Positions 7,286 through 17,160 are shown, counted from the first letter of the stretch. The stretch: 29,692 bases of DNA from Atribacterota bacterium (GCA_041490145.1 JBGPSO010000001.1:1-29692), one strand, 5' to 3'. The notes: generated by a model not told the origin, from the sequence alone. Program-made: numbers and translations.

Positions 7286-8758
7286 ATGAAGTTAAGCGAA
7301 CTGATAACTAACTTAGAAGTTAAGGAAGTTTTTGGCGATTTAAATTTAGATATTAAAGGAATTTACTATGACTCTCGAAAAATAAAGAGAGATTTTTTAT
7401 TTATATGCATAAGAGGTTTTACTTTCGATGGGCATCATTTTATTGCTGAAGCTATTAATAAAGGTGCTATTGCTCTTGTAGTAGAAAAAGAAATTAACCT
7501 CAGACCCGGTATTACTGTAATCAAGGTAAATGATAGTCGCAAAGCTTTAGCAATTTTAGCTAATCAATTTTATGGTTTTCCTTCCAGTAAATTAAAATTA
7601 ATTGGAGTTACTGGAACAAACGGTAAAACTACAATTACCTATATGTTGAGAATTATCTTGCAGGAAGCAGGTTATAAAACCGGACTTCTTGGTACTGCTC
7701 AAAACATAATTGGTGATAATATTGTCTCTTCTCATATGACTACTATGGAATCAGTCGATCTACAAAAAGCCCTCCAAGAAATGGTAGAAAAAAAGAATAA
7801 CTATGCGGTAATGGAAGTATCTTCACATGCCTTGCAATTATCTCGAGTAGAAGGCTGTAATTTTGATATAGCTATTTTTAGTAATATTAGTAGAGAGCAT
7901 TTCGAAATCCATAAAAACTTTTCTAATTATTTAGAGGCAAAGAAAAAATTATTTTTAAGTTTAAATAAAAGTAAAAAAGAAGCTTCTAAAAAATTTGCGA
8001 TAATTAATATTGACGAAGAGTATAGTAAAAATTTTATAGATTGTAATGAAGTCAATTTAATTACCTATGGAATAAAAAATGAGAGTAATGTTAGGGCTAA
8101 AAATATAGAAATGAATATTAAAAATTCTTCATTTATAGTGGAGACACCTATAGGTGATACTAAGATAGCTCTAAATTTTAGCGGAGTATACAACATATAT
8201 AATGCTTTAGCAGCTATAGCAGCATCTATTTCTCAGGGTATTCCTTTAAATATAATTTCCCAAGCTTTAGATAAGTTTTATGGGGCTCCTGGAAGATATA
8301 AAATGATTGAATATGGTCAGAATTATACTATTATTATAGATTTTGCTCACAATTATCATGGATTAGGGAATATATTACAGAATTTACGTACTTTTACTCC
8401 CCATCATATAATTACCGTATTCGGACATGGAGGAGAAAAATATAATAAGGTAAGAGTTACCATAGGAGAAGTTATAGGAAAATATAGTGATTATGTAGTA
8501 ATAACTGCTGACAACCCTAAAAGTGAGGATCCTAAAAAAATTGCTCAGGAGATTGAAAAAGGGGTTAAAAAAACCAATAAAGAATATATTATAATTACTG
8601 ACCGGGCCGAAGCTATTAAACATGCTTTAGGTAAAGCTAAAGAAGGAGATATAGTTTTGATAGCTGGGAAAGGACCTGAAAATGAACAAATCTATAAAAA
8701 TAAAATTCTTCACTATAATGATGAAGAAGTAGTAAGGAAAATATTAATGGAGAGATAA
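7286..8758 (+). CDS. murE: UDP-MurNAc-dipeptide amino-acid ligase MurE (divergent specificity motifs)
   Basis: GVTGTNGKTT P-loop, HMTTMES, VMEVSSHAL, AGKG. Carries DFAHN, GHGGEK and DNPK where canonical MurE has DYAHT, GCGGDR and DNPR. Confidence 0.88.
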   Translation: MKLSELITNLEVKEVFGDLNLDIKGIYYDSRKIKRDFLFICIRGFTFDGHHFIAEAINKGAIALVVEKEINLRPGITVIKVNDSRKALAILANQFYGFPSSKLKLIGVTGTNGKTTITYMLRIILQEAGYKTGLLGTAQNIIGDNIVSSHMTTMESVDLQKALQEMVEKKNNYAVMEVSSHALQLSRVEGCNFDIAIFSNISREHFEIHKNFSNYLEAKKKLFLSLNKSKKEASKKFAIINIDEEYSKNFIDCNEVNLITYGIKNESNVRAKNIEMNIKNSSFIVETPIGDTKIALNFSGVYNIYNALAAIAASISQGIPLNIISQALDKFYGAPGRYKMIEYGQNYTIIIDFAHNYHGLGNILQNLRTFTPHHIITVFGHGGEKYNKVRVTIGEVIGKYSDYVVITADNPKSEDPKKIAQEIEKGVKKTNKEYIIITDRAEAIKHALGKAKEGDIVLIAGKGPENEQIYKNKILHYNDEEVVRKILMER

Positions 8759-8761
8759 AAA

Positions 8762-10198
8762 TTGGAAGGATATAAAGTTACAGAATTGATAAAAGTTACC
8801 TCAGGAAGGTTAATTCAGGGTGACCAAGATCGCTTAATAAATAGAGTTTCTATAGATAGTAGGAATCTAGCTCCAGGTGATTTATTTTTTGCTATAATTG
8901 GTTCCCGTTTTGATGGACATAATTTTATTGGAGAAGCTCTTAATAAAGGGGCGGTGGGAGTAGTAATTTGTAAAAATATTGGTAATTTGTTACAGAAAGA
9001 AGAGCTAAATAAAGATAAAATTATTATAGAAGTAAAAGATACTCTTTCTGCCCTGCAAGATTGGTCTAAGCATTATAAAAATAAATTTAAAACTTTTAAT
9101 ATCTGCATTACCGGTAGTAACGGAAAGACCACCACCAAAGAGATCATTGCTCATATATTATCTCAAAAATTCTCCCTTTTAAAAACCTCTAGTAATTATA
9201 ACAACGAAATTGGAATCCCTCTTACTTTGTTACAGCTTAATGAATTACATCAGATATTAGTGGTAGAAATGGGGATGAGAGGTTTAGGAGAAATAAAAGT
9301 TCTTACTAATCTTGTCCATCCTGATTTAGCAGTTATTACTAATATTGGAGAAGCCCATATTGGTTTATTAGGATCAAGAGATAATATTTTTAAGGCTAAA
9401 TCAGAATTGTTACAATCATTAAACCAAGATGGTATAGTAATTTTAAATAGAGATGATCCATATTTCTTAAAGATGTTGGGAATGGTTAAAGGCAAGAAAA
9501 TAATTACCTTTGGCCTTGAGAATAAAAGTGATATTATGGCTTGTAATATCAGAATGATCAGTGACAGAGGAATGAAGTTTACCCTTAAAATAAAAGATGT
9601 TGAAGATCGAGAGATATTTTTCCCTTTATTAGGAAGGTATAACATTTATAACGCACTTGCTGCTTCTGCAACTGCTTTTGCTTTGGGAGTAGAAATGGAT
9701 TTAATTGAAAAAAGCTTATCTTCTTTTCAACCATTAGAAATGCATATGTATTTAAAGAATTTTTATGATGATATTAAAATCTTAAATGATTCCTATAATG
9801 CTAGCCCATTATCAGTAAAAAAGGCTTTAGAAACTTTAGTAGAAGTGTCACAAGGAAATAGAAATATAGCTATCTTAGGAGATATGCTTGAATTAGGAGA
9901 AAAGACTAACTTTTATCATCAAGAAATAGGAAGAGAAGTAGCAAAATTATCTATAAATACACTAATTACTGTTGGTAAAGGAGGAAAGATAATTGCTAAA
10001 TCTTCTAAAGATGAGGGAATGTCGGAAAGTAAAATTTTTTCTTTTGAGAAAAGTGAGAAGAAAAAATTGGCTAAAGAACTATTAAATCTAACTAGACCAG
10101 GAGATTTTGTCTTATTAAAAGGTTCTCGAGAAATGAAGATGGAAGAGATCTTAGAATTTTGGCAAAAAGAATATCGAAAAAATAATCTCACAATGTAG
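8762..10198 (+). CDS. murF: UDP-MurNAc-tripeptide--D-Ala-D-Ala ligase MurF
   Basis: SIDSR, ITGSNGKTTTKE, NYNNEIGIPLTL, VEMGM, NDSYNASP, LGDMLELG, LKGSR. Confidence 0.95.
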   Translation: MEGYKVTELIKVTSGRLIQGDQDRLINRVSIDSRNLAPGDLFFAIIGSRFDGHNFIGEALNKGAVGVVICKNIGNLLQKEELNKDKIIIEVKDTLSALQDWSKHYKNKFKTFNICITGSNGKTTTKEIIAHILSQKFSLLKTSSNYNNEIGIPLTLLQLNELHQILVVEMGMRGLGEIKVLTNLVHPDLAVITNIGEAHIGLLGSRDNIFKAKSELLQSLNQDGIVILNRDDPYFLKMLGMVKGKKIITFGLENKSDIMACNIRMISDRGMKFTLKIKDVEDREIFFPLLGRYNIYNALAASATAFALGVEMDLIEKSLSSFQPLEMHMYLKNFYDDIKILNDSYNASPLSVKKALETLVEVSQGNRNIAILGDMLELGEKTNFYHQEIGREVAKLSINTLITVGKGGKIIAKSSKDEGMSESKIFSFEKSEKKKLAKELLNLTRPGDFVLLKGSREMKMEEILEFWQKEYRKNNLTM

Positions 10199-10207
10199 GG
10201 GGGCATA

Positions 10208-11161
10208 ATGACCAATTGGCTATGGATAATTTTAATTTCGTTTATAATTCCAGTTATTACTTTGCCATTTTTTGTAAATTATCTTAAAAAGCATAAAATA
10301 GGACAGAGAATTCGTCAGGAAGGGCCAGATCTTCATCAACATAAAATGGGAATACCCACCATGGGAGGAATAATTGTTCTTCTTACTTTGCTAATAGTAA
10401 TTATACTGCTTGTCCCTTATAATAAATATATTTTATGGTCGTTAATCATTACTGTCGGTTTTGGCCTTATCGGTTTAATTGATGATTTAATAAAATATTT
10501 TAAAAAACGTTCATTAGGCCTTAAAGCTAGCTATAAATTATTTCTTCAAATTATCTTTTCTCTAATAGTTCTATTTTTTATTTATCCAATTGGTGATTTG
10601 GGTACAGAAATTTATCTTCCTTTTTTGAAGAAAAGTCTAGATTTAGGCAGGTTGTTTACACCTTTTGTAGTCTTGGTAATGATTAGCTCGGTAAATGCTT
10701 TAAATTTAACTGATGGTTTAGATGGACTAGCTACCGGATTGATATTTATTGCTATGTTGACTTTTGCTTTAATCGCCTATATTCAAAATATTTTGCCTAT
10801 GAGTCTTTTTTCTCTAATAGTTGCCTTTACTTGCCTCGGATTTTTAGTCTATAATTTTTTCCCGGCTCAAATATTTTTAGGAGATGTAGGTGCTTTTGCT
10901 TTAGGTGGCGCACTTGCATCTATAGCAATTTTTACTAAAACAGAACTATTTTTATTGATCATTGGGGGAGTATTTGCAATTGAAACTTTATCGGTAATCT
11001 TACAGGTAACTTCTGTAAAATTAAGAAAGAAAATTCTTTTTAAGATGAGTCCGATTCATCATCATTTTGAACTTTGTGGATGGCAAGAACCAAAGATTGT
11101 GATCAGGTTTTGGATAGCCGGAGTGATTTTCGCGTTTATTGGAATAGCTAGTTTTTTTTAA
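10208..11161 (+). CDS. mraY: Phospho-MurNAc-pentapeptide transferase MraY
   Basis: Polytopic membrane protein with GIPTMGG, IDD, NLTDGLDGL, FLGDVG and PIHHHFE. Confidence 0.96.
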   Translation: MTNWLWIILISFIIPVITLPFFVNYLKKHKIGQRIRQEGPDLHQHKMGIPTMGGIIVLLTLLIVIILLVPYNKYILWSLIITVGFGLIGLIDDLIKYFKKRSLGLKASYKLFLQIIFSLIVLFFIYPIGDLGTEIYLPFLKKSLDLGRLFTPFVVLVMISSVNALNLTDGLDGLATGLIFIAMLTFALIAYIQNILPMSLFSLIVAFTCLGFLVYNFFPAQIFLGDVGAFALGGALASIAIFTKTELFLLIIGGVFAIETLSVILQVTSVKLRKKILFKMSPIHHHFELCGWQEPKIVIRFWIAGVIFAFIGIASFF

Positions 11162-11180
11162 AAAAATTGCTTGGTGATTT

Positions 11181-11300
11181 GTTAGATAGTTATTTGGTTA
11201 TTTGGTTACTTGGTTAGTTAGTTGGATAATTGGTATAAACTGTATAATTTTGAATTTAATATTAACCAACTAACCAGCTAACTAATTAACCAACTAACTA
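11181..11300. repeat. Palindromic element B (TAAC/TTGGTTA 4-8-mer arms, 30-nt loop) at the usual murD position
   Basis: G/T-rich arm 11181-11230 (TATTTGGT repeats) is complementary to A/C-rich arm 11261-11300 (TAACCAAC repeats). Confidence 0.8.
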
Positions 11301-11322
11301 CAAAATATGGAGTTATAATGAA

Positions 11323-12444
11323 ATGATAATAGAAAAGAAATCTCCTGATCTATGGGTTTTTATAACTGTAATTATTCTAACGGCTATTGGCGTATGTATG
11401 GTCTTTAGTTCAAGCTATGTTATGGGTTATAAGTGGTATGGAGATAGTTATTATTTTTTAAAGAAACAATTATTTTTTAGTATAATAGCTTTAGTAGTAT
11501 TTTTTTTCGCCATATTTACCGACTACCATCACTTTAAAAAATTTGCTTTACCTCTCTTAATTTTATCTATTATTTTGCTATCAATGTTATTTATTCCAAA
11601 CCTTGGGAAATCTGCTGGGGGAGCAAAGAGATGGATTGTGATACCATTTCTTCCTTTCCAACCTCAACCTTCTGAACTGGCTAAATTTGCTTTAATTTTA
11701 TATATGGCAGAATTTTTAACTAGGAAACAATTAAAAGATATAAAAACATTTCTTAAAGGGATATTACCCTCAATAATTATTATGTTAGTTATGTTTTTCT
11801 TGATTTTAGAAGAACCTGATTTTAGTACTTCCTTAATCATTTTAGGTATTTCCTTTATTATGTTATTTATTGGTGGAACTAAGATAATTCAACTTTATTC
11901 GTTGATAATAGCCTCAATTCCTTTCGGGATTTTTATGTTATTAAAAGAAGAATATAGAAAGATAAGATTGCTTTCTTTTTTGAATCCATGGAAAGATCCT
12001 TTAGACAGTGGGTTTCATATAATACAATCTCTATTAGCCTTAGGTAGTGGTAAAATCTTGGGAATTGGATTGGGAGCGAGTAAGCAAAAATATTTTTATC
12101 TTCCTGATCAACATACGGATTTTATCTTTTCCATTATTGGGGAAGAGTTAGGATTTATAGGTACTCTTATAATAATTATTCTGTTTATAATATTACTATG
12201 GCGTGGATTTAGGATAGCTTTGAATTCAGTTGATGAATTTGGTACTTTATTAGCTGCTGGGATTACTTCTATGATAGTTTTTCAGAGTATAATCAATGTA
12301 GGAGTAGTAACTAAGATGATCCCTACTACTGGTATTACTTTACCCTTCATAAGTTTCGGAGGCTCATCTTTAATTATGAATATGTTTTGTGCCGGAATTT
12401 TATTGAATATTTCCCGATATAAAATAAAAGAGGGTGGAGTGTAA
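11323..12444 (+). CDS. ftsW: SEDS-family peptidoglycan polymerase FtsW
   Basis: GAKRWI, QPSELAK, EPDF, GFHIIQS, LPDQHTDFIF, GITLPFISFGGSS; position before murG. Confidence 0.95.
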   Translation: MIIEKKSPDLWVFITVIILTAIGVCMVFSSSYVMGYKWYGDSYYFLKKQLFFSIIALVVFFFAIFTDYHHFKKFALPLLILSIILLSMLFIPNLGKSAGGAKRWIVIPFLPFQPQPSELAKFALILYMAEFLTRKQLKDIKTFLKGILPSIIIMLVMFFLILEEPDFSTSLIILGISFIMLFIGGTKIIQLYSLIIASIPFGIFMLLKEEYRKIRLLSFLNPWKDPLDSGFHIIQSLLALGSGKILGIGLGASKQKYFYLPDQHTDFIFSIIGEELGFIGTLIIIILFIILLWRGFRIALNSVDEFGTLLAAGITSMIVFQSIINVGVVTKMIPTTGITLPFISFGGSSLIMNMFCAGILLNISRYKIKEGGV

Positions 12445-12447
12445 TTA

Positions 12448-13566
12448 ATGTCAATAAAGGCAATCATATCTGGTGGTGGAACAGGCGGACATATATATCC
12501 TGGAATTAGCTTAGCTTATGAAATAAAAGATAGAAATGTAAATAATAAGGTTTTATTTATAGGCACGGAAAGAGGCTTAGAATCAAAACTTATACCTCGG
12601 GAAGGTTTTAAATTTGCGAAAATTTCTGCCCGAGGTATCCAACGAAAAATATGTTTTGAAAATATAGTGGCTATTTTAATTTTTTTTATATCACTATTTC
12701 AATCTTTTAAAATTATAAAAAGATATAAACCAGATTTGGTTATCGGAACCGGTGGCTATGTAAGTGGTTCGGTTGTTTTGATGGCTGCCTTACTAGGCAT
12801 TCCAACTTTTATTCATGAACAGAATGTAGTTCCTGGAGTTACCAATAAATTTTTATCTCCTCTAGCAAGGGCTACATTTTTAAGCTTTGATCAATCGCGA
12901 AAATACTTTAGCCACCAATCAAAATTAACCTTAACTGGCAACCCGATTCGATTTAAAAATTTAGAAAGAAATAAAAGCAAAGATTATAAAAAATTTAATC
13001 TTGATCCCTTGAAAAATACCATATTAGTCTTAGGAGGTAGCAAGGGAGCAGCTTCAATTAATAAAGCAGTAGTGCAAGGAATAAGTATAATAAAGGAGAT
13101 TATTAAAAATAAATGGCAAGTTTTGTTGATTAGTGGGCAAGATGATTATAGTAAAATAATCGAAATAATTGGAGAAGATAATAAAATATTTTTTGTAGAA
13201 CGCTATTTATATGATATAGAAAAAGCATATTCTTTGGCTGATCTAGTGATTTGTCGAGCAGGAGCTACGACATTAGCTGAAATTAGTGCTTATGGGATAC
13301 CTGCAATTTTAATACCTTATCCCTATGCGACTAACCATCACCAAGAAATTAATGCTCGTATTTTAGAAAGAGAGGGAGCTGCGGTAGTAATTTTAGAAGA
13401 AAATTTATCTGGAGAAAAATTAGCAAAGGTTTTAGTTGATTTAATTAAAGATGAAAATAAATTAGAGATAATGGCAAAAAAAAGTAGAGAATTAGATAAG
13501 GTCGATTCAGCTGCAAAAATCATAAATATTATTTTTAATTATATTAGAAAAAAAAATAAAAAATAA
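12448..13566 (+). CDS. murG: Undecaprenyl-PP-MurNAc-pentapeptide GlcNAc transferase MurG
   Basis: GGGTGGH, GTGGYVS, HEQN, GNPIR, LGGSKGA, RAGATTLAE, PYPYA..HQEINA. Confidence 0.97.
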   Translation: MSIKAIISGGGTGGHIYPGISLAYEIKDRNVNNKVLFIGTERGLESKLIPREGFKFAKISARGIQRKICFENIVAILIFFISLFQSFKIIKRYKPDLVIGTGGYVSGSVVLMAALLGIPTFIHEQNVVPGVTNKFLSPLARATFLSFDQSRKYFSHQSKLTLTGNPIRFKNLERNKSKDYKKFNLDPLKNTILVLGGSKGAASINKAVVQGISIIKEIIKNKWQVLLISGQDDYSKIIEIIGEDNKIFFVERYLYDIEKAYSLADLVICRAGATTLAEISAYGIPAILIPYPYATNHHQEINARILEREGAAVVILEENLSGEKLAKVLVDLIKDENKLEIMAKKSRELDKVDSAAKIINIIFNYIRKKNKK

Positions 13567-13623
13567 AAGATATTTTCCAAATAGAGCAGGAAAATTAATA
13601 ATTTTATTGAAATTACAATATAA

Positions 13624-13714
13624 GATATATAGTGTTGCGGATATAGTATATCGTTTTAAAGGTCGTCTTTTATTTTCAACTGTTCGATATACAAAACACG
13701 ATATACGATATACG
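13624..13714. repeat. Palindromic element C (CGATATA heptamer arms, about 31-nt loop)
   Basis: GTATATCG (13646-13653) pairs with CGATATAC (13685-13692). The right arm has tandem CGATATA x2 plus a third copy and ends 6 nt before the murC RBS. Confidence 0.65.
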
Positions 13715-13732
13715 GGAAGAGGAGGGATATTA

Positions 13733-15127
13733 TTGTTAATGAATAAACGAAAATTACATATACATTTTATAGGTATAGGCGGAGCAGGAATGAGTGCTTT
13801 AGCTTTAATACTTCTTGATTTAGGCTATAAAATTAGCGGTTCTGATATTAGATCTTCCAAGATAACTAATAGATTAATTGATAAAGGAGCAATTATTTTT
13901 GAGAATCATAACGAAAGTAATATAGAAGGAGCGGATCTAATAGTAGTTTCATCAGCAATTCCCGAATCTAACCCAGAAATTGAAGCTGCTTTAAAGAAAA
14001 ACATAAAAATAATTAAAAGAGCTAAGATGTTGGCAAATCTTATGGATCATAAATACGGAATAGCCATTGCCGGTACACATGGTAAAACTACTACTACTTC
14101 TATGATAAGTCTATTATTAGAAAAAAGTGGTTTAGACCCTACGGTAGTAATAGGAGGAGAATCAAACAATATTAAAAGTAATGCCAAATTGGGAAGGGGA
14201 AATTATATTGTTGTAGAAGCTGACGAAAGTGATGGCTCTTTTTTAGAATTAAATCCATATATGGCTATAGTCACCAATATAGAAGATGATCATTTAGATC
14301 ATTATAAAAATATAGAAAATGTTCTAAAAGATTTTATGAAATTCATTGATCAAGTTCCTAATGATGGACAGGTGATTTTGTGCAAGGATTGCGATAATGT
14401 GAAGAAATTAATAAAAGAATATGGAAAAAGTTATATTTCTTATGGAATATCTACAGAAGCAGATTTTATGGCTAAAAAAATAGAATTAGATAAATTAAGT
14501 TCTAGATCAGAAATATATTGGCAGGGTGAAAAAATCGGTAATCTTCATTTAAATGTTGCGGGATATCATAATATTTTAAATGCCTTAGCGGCAATTGCTG
14601 TTGCTCGAGAATTGGGAATGAATTTTAATCAAATTGCAGAAATATTAGAAAGCTTTCAGGGAGTACAAAGAAGAATGGAAATAGTTGCCAATATCGATGG
14701 TAAAATATTAATTATGGATGATTATGCTCACCATCCTACCGAAATCAAAGCAACCTTAAGTGCTTTAAGGAATAGCTGGGAAAATAGAAGAATAATTGTC
14801 GTATTTCAGCCTCATAGGTATACCAGAACTAAACTTCTGGCAGAAAAGTTCGGTAAGGTATTTTTTGATGCTGATCAGGTAGTTATCACTGATATTTATT
14901 CAGCCAACGAACCACCAATATCTGGAATTAGTGGAGAAACCATATTTAAGGAGATTAAAAAAGCCAATCATAGTTATGTAAAATATATACCCTCCAAAGA
15001 TAATATTTTAAGTTTTTTATACGAAATTGTTCAACCTGGAGATGTAATAATAACTATGGGAGCGGGAGATATTTGGACTGTTGGTCAGGAATTGGCTAAA
15101 CAATTAAAGAGAACGAAGGTGTCTTAA
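13733..15127 (+). CDS. murC: UDP-N-acetylmuramate--L-alanine ligase MurC
   Basis: HFIGIGGAGMS, GTHGKTTTT, EADESDGSF, DDYAHHPTEI, FQPHRYTR. Start moved from 13607 to the in-frame TTG at 13733 (7 nt after GGAGG); ATG 13739 is the alternative. Confidence 0.95.
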   Translation: MLMNKRKLHIHFIGIGGAGMSALALILLDLGYKISGSDIRSSKITNRLIDKGAIIFENHNESNIEGADLIVVSSAIPESNPEIEAALKKNIKIIKRAKMLANLMDHKYGIAIAGTHGKTTTTSMISLLLEKSGLDPTVVIGGESNNIKSNAKLGRGNYIVVEADESDGSFLELNPYMAIVTNIEDDHLDHYKNIENVLKDFMKFIDQVPNDGQVILCKDCDNVKKLIKEYGKSYISYGISTEADFMAKKIELDKLSSRSEIYWQGEKIGNLHLNVAGYHNILNALAAIAVARELGMNFNQIAEILESFQGVQRRMEIVANIDGKILIMDDYAHHPTEIKATLSALRNSWENRRIIVVFQPHRYTRTKLLAEKFGKVFFDADQVVITDIYSANEPPISGISGETIFKEIKKANHSYVKYIPSKDNILSFLYEIVQPGDVIITMGAGDIWTVGQELAKQLKRTKVS

Positions 15128-15132
15128 TTTAT

Positions 15133-16053
15133 TTGAGAATGAATCTAGAGATTATAAGTAATGAATTAAAAAAAAGAGAAATTAATAAGATAGTTAAATT
15201 TAATGAACCATTAAAGAAGCATACTTCATTGAGAATCGGTGGACCTGTTGACATTTTTTGTACCCCTAATACTATCGAAGAATTAAAAAAAGTTATTTCT
15301 ATTTCCAAAGAATATGATATTCCTTTTTGGGTAATTGGGAACGGAACCAATATATTAATTTTAGATCAAGGGGTAAGAGGGATAGTAATTAAATTAAACC
15401 AAGGTTTTAAAAAAATAATATTTTTTGATAAAATTGTAAAAGTAGGAGCGGGAGTATCTTTAATATATTTAGGTAAAATAGCTTTAAAGAAAGAATTAAG
15501 TGGATTGGAATTTGTCTGTAATATCCCCGGAACTTTAGGTGGAGCAATAATTAATAACGCTAGTTTTAATGGAAATTGCATGGCAAATATAGTGCAAGAT
15601 GTTACTTTTTTAACTGAAGAAAATAATCTAGAGAGCGCATCTAAATCTGATTTAGATTTTAATTATCGGAAATGTAATTTAAAAGGTAGGTCAGCTATAA
15701 TTTTAGAAGCAACCTTACAATTAAAAGAGGGGAATAAAGAAAAAATAGAATCTAAAATAAGAAAAAATAATAAAATCAGGAAAGCTAAACAGCCTATCGA
15801 TAAATTGAGTGCAGGTAGTATATTTAAAAATCCACCAGGTTATTATGCTGCTGAATTAATAGAAAAGGTTGGAGCAAAGGGACTCTCTCAAGGTAAAGCT
15901 GAAGTTTCTTGTAAGCACGCTAATTTCATTATAAATAACGGGAATGCTACCGCAAGGGATGTTTTATATTTAATTGAAGAAATAGAGAAAAGAGTAAAAG
16001 AAGCTTTTAATATTGAATTAAATCGGGAAATACAGATTTTAGGTGAACCGTAA
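15133..16053 (+). CDS. murB: UDP-N-acetylenolpyruvoylglucosamine reductase MurB
   Basis: HTSLRIGG, GNGTNIL, IPGTLGGA, SAGSIFKNP, KHANFIIN. Confidence 0.95.
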   Translation: MRMNLEIISNELKKREINKIVKFNEPLKKHTSLRIGGPVDIFCTPNTIEELKKVISISKEYDIPFWVIGNGTNILILDQGVRGIVIKLNQGFKKIIFFDKIVKVGAGVSLIYLGKIALKKELSGLEFVCNIPGTLGGAIINNASFNGNCMANIVQDVTFLTEENNLESASKSDLDFNYRKCNLKGRSAIILEATLQLKEGNKEKIESKIRKNNKIRKAKQPIDKLSAGSIFKNPPGYYAAELIEKVGAKGLSQGKAEVSCKHANFIINNGNATARDVLYLIEEIEKRVKEAFNIELNREIQILGEP

Positions 16054-16054
16054 A

Positions 16055-16275
16055 AGAAGACAGAAGACAGAAGTCAGAATAATATCGTATCGAGTGTATA
16101 GTATATAGCGAAGAAAGAGGAAGAAAGCGGATATTGAGAAATAGTTAGCTGGTTACCTGGTTAGTTAGTTGAAGATTTAGTATCAAACTAGCTAACTAAT
16201 TAGCCAACTAACTAACTAACCAGCGAACCAAATTGATAAATGATTTATCCTATACGCTAGCCGCTATACGCTATT
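16055..16275. repeat. Nested palindromic element D (CAGAAGA arm, TATAG/TAGCG outer pair, TAAC inner hairpin)
   Basis: CAGAAGA heptamers at 16055-16081 have no local partner. Outer arms are about 16086-16135 and 16249-16275. Inner arms are 16141-16171 and 16185-16230 (GTTAGTTAGTTG/CAACTAACTAAC, 12 bp perfect). Confidence 0.78.
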
Positions 16276-16296
16276 AAAGGGGATTCGGTTATATAA

Positions 16297-17076
16297 GTGA
16301 TAATGAAAATGTTTGCTGAAAGAGAAGAAGACAAAAAACCTCAACCTCTGGGAATAAAAATAAGTAAAATATTGATTTTTTATTTAATAATAGGTTTTCT
16401 AGGCTGGAATTTTTTTAATTTTATGTTTAACTCGAAATTTTGTAATATTGAAGAAGTTATAATTAAAGGAAATAGTTATCTTAGCGAAAATGAAATATTT
16501 GCTAAGTCTCAGATAAAATTAGGTAAAAATATCTTTAAGTTAGATTTAAATAAAGTTATAAACTCTTTAAAGGAAGAACCCTGGATAAGAGAATTAGAAG
16601 TAAAGAGGGTAATACCTAATAAAATAATCATTTCTTTAGAAGAAAGAAAAGCAGCAGCAATTGTATATATCGGAGAAGAATATTTTAGTTCGAGCAAAGA
16701 AGGAATAGTTTTATCTAAAATTGATAAAACCAAGAGAGAATTTAATCTACCTTTAATATTAGGATTAAAAATTACTGAAATAAAAATAGGTAAAAAAATA
16801 GATGAAACTGAGTTTAGGACAGCATTAGAAATTATTAATTCAGCAGAAGTGATATTACCTAAGAAATTTTGTATAATAAAAATATTAGCTCCAGACGATT
16901 TTATGATTTGCAATGAAGATGATACATTGAAAGTTAGAGTAAATAAACCAGAGGAGATTATTAATAAAGAAAAATTATTAAGAGAAGCTTTAGAAAAGAT
17001 TGAAAATGAGAAGTTATTAGTAGAATATATAGATATGAGTTTTAAAGATAGTTTAATAATAAAAGTAAAGAAATAG
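16297..17076 (+). CDS. ftsQ: Cell division protein FtsQ/DivIB
   Basis: TM segment, then POTRA-like region (IEEVIIKGN, GKNIF, PWIRELEVKRVIPNKIII.LEER) and C-terminal YIDM; sits before ftsA. Exact start (16297/16303/16309) is uncertain. Confidence 0.9.
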   Translation: MIMKMFAEREEDKKPQPLGIKISKILIFYLIIGFLGWNFFNFMFNSKFCNIEEVIIKGNSYLSENEIFAKSQIKLGKNIFKLDLNKVINSLKEEPWIRELEVKRVIPNKIIISLEERKAAAIVYIGEEYFSSSKEGIVLSKIDKTKREFNLPLILGLKITEIKIGKKIDETEFRTALEIINSAEVILPKKFCIIKILAPDDFMICNEDDTLKVRVNKPEEIINKEKLLREALEKIENEKLLVEYIDMSFKDSLIIKVKK

Positions 17077-17160
17077 TATTTGTTAAACAAAAGATATCAG
17101 TTATTTACTTTAATTAATCAGTAGTGTATGATATTTAAAAGCAGGCAGGAGGTTATAGAT

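Noticed and set aside
13607-13732. 42-aa N-terminal extension of MurC in the ORF track
   Set aside because: Derived from palindrome C; RBS and homology start downstream.
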